The notes: generated by a model not told the origin, from the letters alone. DNA of 64,000 nt from Octopus vulgaris (GCA_951406725.2 OX597828.1:73346001-73410000), one strand, 5' to 3'; numbered from the stretch's first letter, positions 1 to 13,538 are shown. Made by a program: numbers and translations.

Positions 1-235
1 TGTGTATGCGTGTCTGTGGGTGTGTCTGTGTGTGTGTGTGTGGTTGCGTGAGTGTTTCGTGTGTGTATACAGGTGCGTGTGTATGTCTGTTTGCGTCTGT
101 ACATGCATTTGTGTGTGTGTGTGTGTGTGCGTCTGTGTGTTGTGTGCGTCTGTGTGTGGATGTGGGTGTTGATGTGTCTTTGTGTGTGTGTGGGTATGAG
201 TATGAGTGTGGGTGTGTGTGTGGGTGTGGGTGTGG
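1..235. repeat. (TG)n-rich degenerate microsatellite
   Basis: Near-continuous TG dinucleotides with interruptions; source of the V/C-rich ORFs 6..302 and 52..267. Confidence 0.95.
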
Positions 236-329
236 TTCATTGGTTCGATGTAGAAGAAATAGTTTAGTTGGTCCCATGGTCTTCGCAATTATCCGACGAT
301 AATGAGATTGAACCCGAGAATATTCCGCA

Positions 330-1100
330 TTAACTATTTCATGTGGGCGACTAATGACGAATTATGTGGTATGGAGGGAACTGAGTGTAGAGGGTCACGG
401 AGATTGATGATAGCGAACACAAGTGAGTCGGGAGATGGGGTCCTGAATAAAGGTGGTGTGAAATCAGCAACAGCTTGCTAACAAAGGCCGTTGTAGTAGC
501 GGTATTAAACCGAGTGAGTGGACACAGCATGTCAGTGCATTTGTGAGTAACTTCGTGGTAATCGTCGAAGAAAGATTTTCTCTTGTTACATCAAGGAAGT
601 CAAGGTTTAGCAACAACGCCGTCCCAGATGTGGGGCCAGCGTCCTGAAGTGGCATGTAAAGAGTTAAGAATTCTTAGAAGTTTGTAATATTTTATGGTGC
701 TAAGAGGAGAGACTGGTCTTTGAAGTGCTGATGATGCCATATTGATGTGGTGGAATGAAAGTAAGATCAGACACAGAAGAGTATGTGTTGTAGATGAGCG
801 CATGAAAGCCTTGAAGAACAAAACCAACCCCTGAGACATGCTAGAGTTCAATGGGTTTTGGTTAGGGAGAGATTCATCAGAATTCTTTGTTGCCGGGCGA
901 TTCTAACAAAAAGATTCCAATTCAGGAATTGGGAGACAAATAGAGTCTAAGAGTCCATAGTTCACCAATTTAGAAGGAAGATTCACTTCCTGGGTACCGT
1001 GAAAGGCCCTGATTTTGTAAAGTGCATCCAGTTTTCCTTTCAGTTCTCGATAGTGAGAACATGTTCAAGAATAACTTAACTGCTTTGGTCACCGGTACAA
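330..1100 (-). mobile_element. Highly decayed LINE RT / C-terminal fragment (Jockey/CR1-L2 group-like)
   Basis: Minus-strand translation gives broken motifs 'AFHG..NLPSKLVNYGL', 'WPHIWDG' and 'YRYYNGLC..DFTPP', resembling the KAFDRVWH..LL.KL..YG, YCSHIWG and FYRYYNG.CS..L...PP segments of APE-type LINEs; many stops and frameshifts. Confidence 0.5.
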
Positions 1101-1309
1101 AGTGGCTTGAGTAAAGCCGTTCGCTGAGGAGGGTGAGGGCTTAAAGGTTTTAGAGCCGGGTTGTACTGAGTGGCTTTGTCCATCATTTTTGAGATTTCGG
1201 AAGGGAATAGCAAGTTTCTACATAGCAAGGTCAGTGTGGTTGCCCTTCTTGAGATTAAGACAAAATCTAAAGCGCTTATGCATTACCAGTAACATGTAAA
1301 ATAAGCGGT

Positions 1310-1480
1310 GTAGGGACAGGCGTGGTAAGATGTTTTCTTCCCTACTCTAAGGCTCCGGGTTCAGTCCCACTGCATGGAACCCAGATCAAGTGTCTCCTAC
1401 TATATCTTCAGGCCGACCAAAACCTTGTGAATGAATTTGGTCAATGGAAATAGAAAGAAGCCCCCCCTCCCCATCGTAAA

Positions 1481-1525
<45 letters not shown>

Positions 1526-1625
1526 ATGTGTGTATGTGTGTGTGTGTGTATTCGAGTAAAAATTTCGTTAAAGTTGTGGCCTAGCATGGCCGCAGTCTAA
1601 TGACTGAAACAAGTAAAAGATAAAA
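1310..1625 (+). mobile_element. SINE family A, degenerate, internal (TG)n expansion
   Basis: Head 'ccgggttcagtcccactgc...aggccgaccaaaaccttgtga' and tail 'gcatggccgcagtctaatgactgaaacaagtaaaaga' match other family A copies in the window. Confidence 0.75.
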
Positions 1626-1759
1626 CGTAGACGATAAAAGAACAACCAGTGTCTTCTGAGGGGGGGGGGGAGACAGGCAGACATACAGAAAGACAGACAA
1701 ACAGACAGACAAAGGTTGTTTGGGGAGGGCCACATTTGGAGCAGGTGGTTTGGGTGAGC

Positions 1760-2110
1760 CTGTGTGTGCGTGTGTGTGTGAGCGTGTGTGTGTGAGCGTG
1801 TGTGTGTGAGCGTGTGTGTGTTAGCGTGTGTGTGTGAGCGTGTGTGTGTGAGCGTGTGTGTGTGTGCGTGTGTGTGTGAGCGTGTGTGTGTGAGCGTGTG
1901 TGTGTGTGCGTGTGTGTGTGTGTGCGTGTGTGTGTGTGCGTGTGTGTTTTGAGCGTGTGTGTGTGAGCGTGTGTGTGTGCGTGTGTGTGTGAGAGTGTGT
2001 GTGTGAGCGTGTGTGTGTGTGCGTGTGTGTGTGAGCGTGTGTGTGTGAGCGTGTGTGTGTGTGCGTGTGTGTGTGAGCGTGTGTGTTTTGAGCGTGTGTG
2101 TGTGAGCGTG
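1760..2110. repeat. (TG)n with periodic AGCG/GCG interruptions (12-14 bp higher-order units)
   Basis: Repeating 'gagcgtgtgtgtgt' units. Confidence 0.9.
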
Positions 2111-2155
2111 TATAAAGGAAGTTACGTGTTTGTGTTTGCAGGTCAATATCAGTTT

Positions 2156-2541
2156 AGGCGTGGCTGTGTGGTAAGTAGCATGCTTCCCAGCCACATGGTT
2201 CTGGGTTCAGTCCCACTGCGTGGCACCTTGGCCGATCGTCTTTTACTATAGCATTGGACCGACTAAAGCCTTGCGAATGCATTTGATAGACGGAAACTGA
2301 AAGAAGCCCGTTGTATAAATATGTATGTCTGTGTGTCTCTGTTTGTCCTCCACCCCAACATCGCTTGACAATCGACGTTGGTGTGTTTACGTCCCCGTAA
2401 CTTAGCAGTTTGGAAAAAGAGACCGATAGAATGAGTACTGGACTTACAAAGAATAAGTCCTGCTGTCGATTTGTTCGACTAAAAGGCGGTGCTCCAGCAT
2501 GGCCACAGTCAAATGACTGAAACAAATAAAAGAATAAAAGA
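2156..2541 (+). mobile_element. tRNA-derived SINE family A, full length
   Basis: A-box-like TGGCTGTGTGGTAAG, B-box-like GGTTCAGTCCC, CORE-like GCGTGGCACCTTGG, internal TA/TG tract, 3' tail GGCGGTGCTCCAGCATGGCC..GACTGAAAC and A-rich end; more than 15 related copies in the window. Confidence 0.9.
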
Positions 2542-3247
2542 TTGTGTGTGTGTGCGCGCGCGTGTCTTTTGCAGACTGTTTATGGAAGTGTCTACAAGCG
2601 TGTGTAAATCTGTGTGCTGTGCTTGTGTTCGTGTGTGAGTATGTGTGTGTGTGTGTATGTGTGAATGTGTGTCTGTGTGTGTGATTTTGTGTGAGAATGT
2701 GTAGATGATAGTGGATATGCATGTTTGTGTGTGCGTGTTGCGTATTAGTGTTCGTCTTGTGTATCTGCATGCGTTTGAGCGTATATATGTGTATGTGATT
2801 CTTTGTCTGTATGTCTAGTTGTGTGATTATGACTGAGTAAGAGTGTGTATGTGTGAGAATATATGTGTATGTATGTACGAGTGTATGTGTCTGTGTGTGT
2901 GCTTGAGCATCAGTACTTAACTGTCCAGAGACGAAAAATGTAATTAACTACCACGCCCCCTCATATATTACACAAATAAATGAAGCGGTGTTACAGTTAA
3001 TTGCAATTAGTTTGTAGTCTAAATGAAAATTATATATAATTGATTATATTAACCCAAGAAGTTCACAGGTACTTTATTTTTAATGCCCGCTGAAAGGATG
3101 AGCGGCAAGTTTGACGCCAGCGGAATTTGAACTCAGATCTTAAAAAGTCGGGTCTAACATGATTTCTATCAAATTAATAACGCGAGAAATTGCTTGAAAG
3201 GTGTTGCTCAATTATATCTGACCTCATTAGTTGACTAGCACTTTGAA

Positions 3248-3682
3248 GGTGGGAAGCTGGCAGAATCGTTAGCACACCGGGCGAAATGCGTAGCCGTATT
3301 TCGTCCGCCGTTCTGAGTTCAAATTACGCCGAGGTCGACTTTACCTTTCATCCTTTCGGGGTCGATAAATTATGTACCAGTTACGCACTGGGGTCGATGT
3401 AATCGACTCAATCCGTTTGTCTGTCCTTGCTTGTCTTCTCTGTGTTTAGCCCCTTGTGGGTAGTAAAGAAATAGGTATTTCGTCTGCTGCTACACTCTGG
3501 GTTCAACTTCCACAGGTGTCGATTTTGCCTTTCGACCTTTCGGGGGTCGATTAAATAAGTATCAGGTCGATTTTGCCTTTCGTCCTTTCGGGGTGAATTA
3601 AATAAGTACCAGTTACGCACTGGGGTCAATGTAATCGACTAGCCTCAAATTTCAGGCCTTGTGCCTATACTAAAAAGGATTA
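3248..3682 (+). mobile_element. SINE family B with tandem partial re-copies of its central domain
   Basis: GCTGGCAGAATCGTTAGCAC head, GAGTTCAAATT B box; central GCCTTTCATCCTTTCGGGGTCGATAAATTA.GTACCAGTT occurs three times. Confidence 0.85.
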
Positions 3683-4422
3683 TTTGACTGGTATTCTATT
3701 TTATCGAATCTCTGATCAGATGGAATGCAAAGTCGAACCCCACCACCACCACTGGGATTTGAACTCAGAACTTAAAAAGCCGGATCTAAAATTATTACTA
3801 AAGAAAACAATAAAGACAGAAATGTGTGATGCGGTGTTACTCATATCTTCCTCTGTCGACCCTCGAATAGTTGTGACTTAAACTTGACAACGACGAAATT
3901 TGAACTTGGGACCTCGAGAATCGCTTCTAACATTATTTTCAACAAAGACATGACCAGAAATTTGATGAGACTTGTTAACCAATTATATCAGATTCTATCA
4001 TTTGCTTAGAAATTTATTTCATCGAATCCCGGAAAAATGAAAGGGAAAGGTGACTACGGGATTTGAACTCAGAATGTGACAGGTCGGATGAAATTACCCG
4101 CGAAACATTCTGCCAGAGTCGCTACCGTTTCTGGCAGTTTTAATGCCATTAACCCTTCGTTCATTCCCCAAGAAGTAACAGATAGATTTCTTTGAAATCA
4201 CATGAAATCATGATGTAAACGAAGGTCAAAGTGGACTATAAAGCGCTCGTTGGATCTGCCATGGATAGATTGCCTTTTATCATATATTTAATGAAGCAGA
4301 ATTGAGTTGGAGCTAAGCAGTGATGGAAGCTAATTGTTGACTTGAAAGGAAGCAGATATTAAAAATGCAAGGAAGCGTTTTTAAAGAACACACACACACA
4401 CAGAGGTATATATGTATTTTAT

Positions 4423-4491
<69 letters not shown>

Positions 4492-4594
4492 CATACACAC
4501 ATTCATATATATATGCATACATATACGAACGTATGTATATATATACATACAAACATATGTGTGTGTATGTGTGTGTGATTACATGTCTTGTATC

Positions 4595-4815
4595 ATTTAT
4601 CATTTATATGTTTCAGCCATTGGACTGCTGCCATGCTGGAGCACCGCAGTGAAGATTTTTTAGTCGAATGAATGGACCCCAGTACGTGGTTTTTTTTAAG
4701 CGTGTTACCTATTCTATCGTCTGGTTTGCCGAACCGCTTAGTTATGGGAACGTAAACATACCTATGACTTCTGTCAAGCGGTGGCAATGAACGATCACAG
4801 AAACAAAGGCACACA
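4595..4815 (-). mobile_element. SINE family A, 3' half
   Basis: Reverse complement of the family A tail (gtttcagccattggactgctgccatgctggagcaccgc). Confidence 0.75.
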
Positions 4816-4836
4816 CACACACAAATACACACGCAC

Positions 4837-4871
<35 letters not shown>

Positions 4872-4877
4872 TATATA

Positions 4878-5088
4878 CTCTCTTTACTCTTTTACTTGTT
4901 TCAGTCATTTGACTGCAGCCATGCTGGAGCACCGCCTTTAGTCGAGCAAATCGACCCCGGGACTTATTCTTTGTAAGCCCAGTACTTATTCTATCGGGCT
5001 CTTTTTGCCGAACCGCTAAGTGACTGGGACGTAAACACACCAGCATCGGTTGTCAAGCAATGCTAGGGGGACAAACACAGACACACAA

Positions 5089-5090
<2 letters not shown>
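4878..5090 (-). mobile_element. SINE family A, 3' half (little diverged)
   Basis: Near-identical to the 3' half of the copy at 21226-21624. Confidence 0.9.
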
Positions 5091-5119
<29 letters not shown>

Positions 5120-5491
5120 CATGAAACGCCCACCACTGCTTATTCTGTACTTCGGCCTTGCCGAACTGCTGCGTTATGGTGACATAAACACACCGACACC
5201 GGGTGTGAAGCGGTGGCGGGGGGACAAACGCAGACACGAAGCATTCATTCACACACACGCTGAAATACAGACACACAGACAGAGACAGACATGCACATAT
5301 GTATATGGAAAGATATAGAGAATGTGAGAGACGGGGAATGAGGGTGAAGATGAGAGGCAGGCGGAGGAAGCGAACGTGTCGAAAGAAACAAATTCTTTTA
5401 AAAATCTAAAGATATAAAAAGAGAGAAAGAAATGGGAGCAGCTAAGCTATATGAAGAAGATAAAAGGAAGAACAGAGGACTAAAGTGATAG

Positions 5492-5532
5492 ATAGATAGA
5501 TAGATACAGAGGGAGAGAGAGAGGACTAAAGT

Positions 5533-5599
<67 letters not shown>

Positions 5600-5640
5600 G
5601 CAGAGGGAGAGAGAGAGAGAGGGAGAGAGAGGTCTATATT

Positions 5641-5688
<48 letters not shown>

Positions 5689-5808
5689 GATATAGATATC
5701 ATGAATATATCTATATAGATATCATGAATATATCGATCACATTGTGTATATATATATATATATATATTAGAAAAAATGAGGTAATCAGATCAGATGGTTC
5801 ATATTTGT

Positions 5809-5875
<67 letters not shown>
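5492..5875. repeat. Compound microsatellite (GATA)n/(GA)n/(CA)n/(TA)n
   Basis: Read directly from the sequence. Confidence 0.95.
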
Positions 5876-6152
5876 GATGTTTATATGTATTGAATATAAT
5901 ACTGGATGACGAGTATATATAGGCCAAAGCATCAAAGTGACACTCATCATATTCCCACTTGACCTTAATAAACATGAACTCTGCAAAAGAGTTTGGTGTG
6001 ATCCATCAATTTAATTTGGAATTATCTTTATATAGAACTCTACATGAAAACAAACATCTATATATGCATTAATATATATTTGCATGTGTGCAAATATATA
6101 TATATATATCTGCAAACATACATGTGCATATAAACACACACACATATATGTG

Positions 6153-6186
<34 letters not shown>

Positions 6187-6189
6187 CAT

Positions 6190-6253
<64 letters not shown>

Positions 6254-6254
<1 letters not shown>

Positions 6255-6648
6255 GGCTGTGTGTGGTAAGGAGCTTGCTTCCCAACCATATGGTTCCGGG
6301 TTCAGTCCTATTGCGTGGCACCTTGGACAAGTGTCTGAAACTATACCAAAGCCTTTTGAGTAAATTCCTTAGACGGAAAGTGAAATAAGGGCCCTCGGAT
6401 ATATATTTATATATTTATATTTATGTGTATGTGTGTGTGTGTGTGTTTGCCCCACCCCCCATAACCACATGACAACGAGTATTGGTGTGTTTAAGTCTCT
6501 GTAATTTAGTGGATCAGCAAAAGTGACCGATACAGTAAGTACTACACTTAAAAAAAAATAATTACTGGGTTCGATTCATTCTATAAAAAATTTAATGCGG
6601 TGTCCCATCATGGCCGCAGTCTAATGACTGAAACAAGTAAAAGATAAA
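6254..6648 (+). mobile_element. SINE family A, diverged full length
   Basis: Head, internal microsatellite and tail all recognisable. Confidence 0.85.
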
Positions 6649-6696
6649 TGATATGTAAAAATGATATGTAAAATTTTTTTAATAAAAGAAAATTAA

Positions 6697-6826
<130 letters not shown>

Positions 6827-6897
6827 CCTGAGCGCCTATTAATAATAATACTGTAATTGTTCCATTGTTGTTGTTTTTTTGCTTTCCCGTTTGGATT

Positions 6898-6960
<63 letters not shown>

Positions 6961-6962
<2 letters not shown>

Positions 6963-7324
6963 AGTGGCTGTGTGGTAAGTAGCTTGCTAACCAACCACAC
7001 GGTTGCGGGTTCAGTCCCACTGCGTGGCATCTTGGGCAAGTGTCTTCTGCTATAGCCCCGGGCCGACCAATGCCTTGTGAGTGGATTTGGTAGACGGAAA
7101 CTGAAAGAAGCCTGTCGTATATATGTATATATATGTATATATGTGTGTGTTTGTGTGTCTGTGTTTGTCCCCCTAGCATTGCTTGACAACCGATGCTGGT
7201 GTGTTTATGTCCCCGTCACTTGGCGGTTCGGCACAAAGAGACCGATAGAATAAGTACTAAAAGGTGGTGCTCCAGCATGGCCGCAGTCAAGTGACTGAAA
7301 CAAGTAAAAGAGAAAAGAGAAAGA

Positions 7325-7327
<3 letters not shown>
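6961..7327 (+). mobile_element. SINE family A with a ~45-bp internal deletion near the 3' end
   Basis: 'taagtact|aaaaggtggtgctcc' skips the segment 'aggcttacaaagaataagtcctggggtcgatttg' present in other copies. Confidence 0.9.
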
Positions 7328-7364
<37 letters not shown>

Positions 7365-7367
<3 letters not shown>

Positions 7368-7765
7368 CGTAGGAGTGGCTGTGTGGTAAGTAGCTTGCTT
7401 ACGAACCACATGGTTCCGGGTTCAGTCCCACTGCGTGGCACCTTGGGTAAGTGTCTTCTACTATAGCCTCGGGCCGACCAAAGCCTTGTGAGTGGATTTG
7501 GTAGACGGAAACTGAAAGAAGCCCGTCGTATATATATAGGTATGTGTGTGCGTGTTTGTGTGTCTGTTTGTCCCCCCAACATCGCTTGACAACCGATGCT
7601 GGTGTGTTTACATCCCCGTAACTTAGCGGTTCGGCAAAATAGAGACCGCTAAAATAAGTACTAGGCTTACAAAGAATAAGTCCTGGGGTCGATTTGATCG
7701 ACTAAAGGCGGTGCTCCAGCATGGCCACAGTCACATGACTGAAACAAGTAAAAGAGAAAAAGAGT
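7365..7765 (+). mobile_element. SINE family A, full length (left parent of the tandem duplication)
   Basis: Complete head-to-tail match to the family. Confidence 0.92.
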
Positions 7766-7770
7766 ATATA

Positions 7771-7993
7771 TAGTAATCCCTCGCCATATCGCGGTTCACC
7801 TATCGCGCACTCAATATATCGCGAATGTTTCTGGCTGATGTGTGTAAATTTATATCGCGAACTTCTCAGCATATCGCGTCTTTCTGCAGCCAGTGGGTAT
7901 AATCTCTCTTTACTCCTTTAGTAAAGAGTTAGATTTTATTCATTTCTGTGGGAGGTTTCGGAACTTAACATTCGCTATCGTCCAGGGTCTGCC
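7771..7993 (+). mobile_element. Tigger/pogo-type MITE (second copy ~8892-9114)
   Basis: Starts AGTAATCCCTCGCCATATCGCGG, a pogo/Tigger-like TIR, after TA; five TATCGCG motifs; degenerate right end. Confidence 0.6.
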
Positions 7994-8236
7994 ATACATA
8001 TATATATATATATATATATATAGGTATCGAGTTAGAAAGTTTAATACCTCTAAGAGATGATTAAATCCCAAGTCGCTCCTGGCTATTAGCTGGGTAGAGG
8101 CTTGCTTGCTGTAGATTGGTTAGTTTCGTTGGGCAATTAGGGTGAGGTGAGTATTATTTAGGTGCGGGTTACCTCGTTTAATTAAGTCCAACGTAATCCA
8201 CGAATCTCCCATTGTTATTGTATCCATTTTCTTCTC

Positions 8237-8351
<115 letters not shown>

Positions 8352-8422
8352 TATATATATATATATATATATACGCACGGACCCGGGTTTCTGAACATAT
8401 ATATATATAAATAGATAGATAT

Positions 8423-8476
<54 letters not shown>

Positions 8477-8490
8477 TGATATACATGCGC

Positions 8491-8885
8491 AGGCGTGGCT
8501 GTGTGATAAGTAGCTTGCTTCCCAACCACATGGTTCCAAGTTCAGTCCCACTGCGTGGCACCTTGGGAGAAGTGTCTTCTACTATATCCTCGGGCCGACC
8601 AAAGCCTTGTGAGTGGATTTGGTAGACGGAAACTGAAAGAAGCCCGTCGTATATATATAGGTATGTGTGTGCGTGTTTGTGTGTCTGTTTGTCCCCCCAA
8701 CATCGCTTGACAACCGATGCTGGTGTGTTTACATCCCCGTAACTTAGCGGTTCGGCAAAATAGAGACCGCTAAAATAAGTACTAGGCTTACAAAGAATAA
8801 GTCCTGGGGTCGATTTGATCGACTAAAGGCGGTGCTCCAGCATGGCCACAGTCACATGACTGAAACAAGTAAAAGAGAAAAAGAG
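8491..8885 (+). mobile_element. Chimeric SINE family A copy at the duplication junction
   Basis: 5' diagnostic variants match the 9578 copy; 3' variants match the 7365 copy. Confidence 0.9.
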
Positions 8886-9113
8886 TATATATAGTAATCC
8901 CTCGCCATATCGCGGTTCACCTATCGCGCACTCAATATATCGCGAATGTTTCTGGCTGATGTGTGTAAATTTATATCGCGAACTTCTCAGCATATCGCGT
9001 CTTTCTGCAGCCAGTGGGTATAATCTCTCTTTACTCCTTTAGTAAAGAGTTAGATTTTATTCATTTCTGTGGGAGGTTTCGGAACTTAACATTCGCTATC
9101 GTCCAGGGTCTGC

Positions 9114-9151
<38 letters not shown>

Positions 9152-9363
9152 TATCGAGTTAGAAAGTTTAATACCTCTAAGAGATGATTAAATCCCAAGT
9201 CGCTCCTGGCTATTAGCTGGGTAGAGGCTTGCTTGCTGTAGATTGGTTAGTTTCGTTGGGCAATTAGGGTGAGGTGAGTATTATTTAGGTGCGGGTTACC
9301 TCGTTTAATTAAGTCCAACGTAATCCACGAATCTCCCATTGTTATTGTATCCATTTTCTTCTC

Positions 9364-9440
<77 letters not shown>

Positions 9441-9513
9441 TATATATATATATATATATATATACGCACGGACCCGGGTTTCTGAACATATATATATATA
9501 AATAGATAGATAT

Positions 9514-9563
<50 letters not shown>

Positions 9564-9577
9564 TGATATACATGCGC

Positions 9578-9970
9578 AGGCGTGGCTGTGTGATAAGTAG
9601 CTTGCTTCCCAACCACATGGTTCCAAGTTCAGTCCCACTGCGTGGCACCTTGGGAGAAGTGTCTTCTACTATAATCTCGGGCCGACCAAATCCTTGTGAG
9701 TGGATATGATAGACAGAAACTGAAAGAAGCCTGTCGTATATACACGTATGTATTTATTTGTGTGTGCGTGCGTCTGCGTTTGTCCCCTGACCATCGGTTG
9801 ACAACCGATGTTGGTGTGTTTACCTCCCCGTTTACTAGGGGTTGGGCAAAAGAAACCGATAGCGTAAGTACTAGGCGTACAAATAATATTTCCTGGGGTC
9901 GATTTGTTCGACTAACGGTGGTGTAGCAGCATGGCCGCTGTCAGATGGCTGAAACAAGTAAATGACAAAA
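9578..9970 (+). mobile_element. SINE family A (right parent of the tandem duplication)
   Basis: Full length, with a more diverged 3' half. Confidence 0.88.
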
Positions 9971-9977
9971 AGAATGC

Positions 9978-10103
<126 letters not shown>

Positions 10104-10160
10104 TAAGGCGTGGATGAAGCCATAGTATTAGAGAAATGAGATATTTTCTTTTTTTAATTA

Positions 10161-10870
10161 CATGCTCAGAATCTCTTATCCGAAATTCATTGGTTCAAAA
10201 GTATTGCGAATTTCGGAGCACTTCTAAATTTGCTTCTATAAAATGGGGCCGCTTCGACGCTTGGGGATGGGACCCAATTCTAAATTCAATATCCATTAAC
10301 ATTCCAGGGTCAACTTTGCCTTCATCCGTTCGGGATCAATAAACTAAATACCAGTTGAGAACATGGGTTAATATAACCGACTGACTCCCTCCATCGAATT
10401 TTCTGGTCTTTTGCCAACATCTGAAATCACTATATGTATTTTATTTTGCTGATATTGCGTCGGTTACGACGACGAGCATTAGACTTGATTCGGTTGACGC
10501 CGGAACAACCTACTCGTGAAATTAATGTGCAACTAGCTGCGCGCTCCACAGACACCGTACTCTTCAGTGCGGAATAGTTGTGACAAGACTGGTCGTTTGA
10601 ATTACACTTACAACTCAATTTTGCGAAGCTGAATGGACTGGAGCAACAAGGAATAAAGTGTCTTGCTGAAGAACACAGCACATCGTCGGGAATCTAAATC
10701 GCGATCCGACGATTTTGATCCGAATACACCAACCACTAACCACTGTTTCGTAACACATCTCATACATATAACCTGAATATAGTTGGATATACATTTTTAA
10801 TAATTTCTGTAAATAATGCTATCAGAAAGGTAAGATATCAATTTCCACCTGTGATGTCATATATTGATTA
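10161..10870 (+). mobile_element. Tigger4/MER46-like pogo-family DNA transposon end, interrupted by SINE B and SINE D fragments
   Basis: TA + CATGCTCAGAATCTCTTATCCGAAA, then CTTGGGGATGGGACCCAATTCTAAA, and after the SINE inserts 'catacatataacctgaa..tttttaataatttctgt' and 'ttccacctgtgatgtcat'. Order and sequence resemble the Tigger4(Zombi)/MER46 terminal region as I recall it. Confidence 0.55.
10455..10742 (-). mobile_element. SINE family D, diverged
   Basis: Aligns with 46512-46835 (cggttacgacgacgag..ctcgtgaaattaa..tggactggagcaac..aataaagtgtcttgct). Confidence 0.8.
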
Positions 10871-11832
10871 AAAGGTTACAGTACTCGTACGCCATTTATA
10901 TTCTGTTTTATTTTTCACTCTACAGATATTGGATTTTCTGTAAGGTAATAAACAAAGCATTGAACATGATTACAGGTAAATAAAATCACGTATGATAAAA
11001 GTCAACATTTTATTTTCCAAGTAATGCACAGGTAATTACGCTAGTTGTGTTGCACTCATAGACGGAGGTGAAACTCAGAACTCACGTAAAAATAAGGTTT
11101 TGTGCATGTTGCACAAAGAAAACAACATGAAGATCACTGCTCACAAAACTTGAAGGTGCATTAAGACTATGTGAGGCTGTGAGAGAGAAGGTACGGCATC
11201 GGTGACATCAGTGGGAGCTGGAGGGTTAGGTAATTTACCAGTGTCCACCTACGAAGCCCGGTTATCATTAAAAGGTTATAAAAGAGGAATTTTTGTGACA
11301 GGTGTCATAAGACAGTAAGAAAGTGAGTGAGGTGCGGGAAGAGAAGAGAAAGGATTAGGAGGAATGTAATAAGAAAACGGATAAAAGAACATTAAGAGAC
11401 ACGGAGGGAAAGAGAGAGGAGAAACAGAGAAACAAAGGTGTTGAGAAGGGGTGATGCAAATATTGTTAAGAAGCGTGTATATAATTTTTTTTTTTAAATG
11501 GAACATGGAATATGATTTCAGGAAAATGTAATGGAAGTTGGAGATGTCAGCATTATATTTGGAAGACAACAGTGATTACGGTGTAGGAAGATAAGAGGGA
11601 GACGCTGTTAGTATTATAGGTTGAGAGGTAAAGGAGGAGGGAGGGGACATAAAAGGAATTAAAATAAAATAAAACAATATGAAATAAAGTAAAACGTAAA
11701 AAAAAAAAATAGAGTAGAGTGGGAGACACGGGGAAGTTTGATTTTCGTGATAGATTTAGGGATATAATGGTTTTTAAAGGTAGATAAATAAGGTGACAGA
11801 GAGAAGGGAAGGTCGATATACATACATATGTA

Positions 11833-12064
<232 letters not shown>

Positions 12065-12240
12065 TTCGTTTATTCTTATAACTGATTAAGTCTGCAGCCA
12101 TACTGGAACACCGTCTCGAAGAGTTTTAGTCAAATTGACCCCAGGACTTATTTCTTAAGCATAGTACACATTCAATCGTTCCCTTTTGCCGAACCACTAA
12201 GTTGCGGGGACGTAAACACACCAACACAAATACACATGTA

Positions 12241-13538
12241 CGAGGGACGTTCAATAACTAATGCCCCTGATCCACTTGCAGTTGTTTGATCTAGCTGAAA
12301 GTTTGCACCTGCAATTACTTATATCTCTATAGATTAAGTGGTAAATTACAACTCTGAACTAATCGTGGTTTCTGATTTACAGGTGTTTGAACTGAGTCGA
12401 GTGTGAAATGGAGCCTGTTGAGTGTCGAGCAGTGATCCGGTTATTGTATTTGAAAGGACGCACACCACGGGAGACTTTTGATGAAATGAAAGTAACTTAT
12501 GGTGATGATGCCCCATCATATGACCTTGTAAAACGCTGGCATCGTGAATTCAGACATGGTCGGAACTCTGTGGAAACAGCTCCCAGATCTGGTCGCCCCC
12601 ATCCCCTTCTGCCATAGATGAGGCATCTGTCCGTTAAGTTGAGGCAGCCATTTTGGAAGATCGACGCATAACTATTTGCCAAATAGCCCATAAGGTCAAG
12701 ATTAGTACCGGGTCTGTGGAAACTATCATTCATGACCATTTGCATATGCAAAAGGTGTCTGCCAGATGGATTCCCAGGTTGCTCACGCCTTTCCAGAAGC
12801 AAGAACGCGTCGAGTGCTCGATGATGAATTTGGAGATGTGCCAAGAAGATGAGTCAAAAGTTTTCAAAAGACTGATTACACAGGATGAAACCTGGGTCCA
12901 TCACTATGATCCAGAGACCAAAGCTCAGTCAACGCAGTGGAAGCACCGTGACTCACCTCCTCCAAAGAAGGCAAGGGTGCAGCCCTCCGCTGGCAAGATT
13001 ATGCTCACAGTCTTCTGGGACCAGGACGGAGTAGTGATGACAGATTTCCTGGCAAAGGGTACCACAATTACAGGAGCCTATTATGCCTCACTTTTGAGGA
13101 AATTAAGAGAAGCTATCAAAATCAAGAGGCGGGGCAAGATCAGCAAAGGCATCCTCCACCTGCAGGACAACGCTCCGGTCCACAACTCGCGTGTCGCCAG
13201 ATCAGAAGCACAGGCGTGCGGCTATGAACTCCTCCCCCATACCCCCTACTCTCCTGAACTTGCACCCTCTGATTTTCACCTCTTCCCAACCATGAAGTTG
13301 TTTTGGAAAGGAAAGCGTTTCCCAGATGATGCAGCCTTGATTTCTGAAGTCACATCGTGGTTGGAGGACCAAGCTGGGGTCTTCTACAAAAACGGTCTCC
13401 AGAGCTGCATCAAACAATGGGAGAAATGCGTAACTCTGGGTGGTTCCTATGTAGAAAAGGACTAATAACTGTGCCAAGTTTCGTTGCTCTCCTGCTTTGG
13501 GAAGTGGGTCAGGGGCATTACTTATTGAACGCCCCTCG
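12241..13538 (+). mobile_element. Full-length mariner DNA transposon (DD34D, irritans-like)
   Basis: 37-bp TIRs (CGAGGGACGTTCAATAACTAATGCCCCTGATCCACTT and its inverse, 3 mismatches), TA target duplications at 12239-40 and 13539-40, length 1298 bp. Confidence 0.97.
12408..13465 (+). pseudogene. Mariner transposase with one frameshift (~12600) and one in-frame stop (~12635)
   Basis: HTH N-terminus ending in GRP, then WIPRLL, TQDETW, QDNAPVH and YSPELAPSD; 34 residues between the 2nd and 3rd catalytic Asp. Confidence 0.95.

Noticed and set aside
10910-10950. Possible 19-nt micro-exon (tttttcactctacag | ... aag | gtaata)
   Set aside because: Splice-like motifs are common in AT-rich DNA; it adjoins a transposon remnant and has no supporting neighbouring exon.
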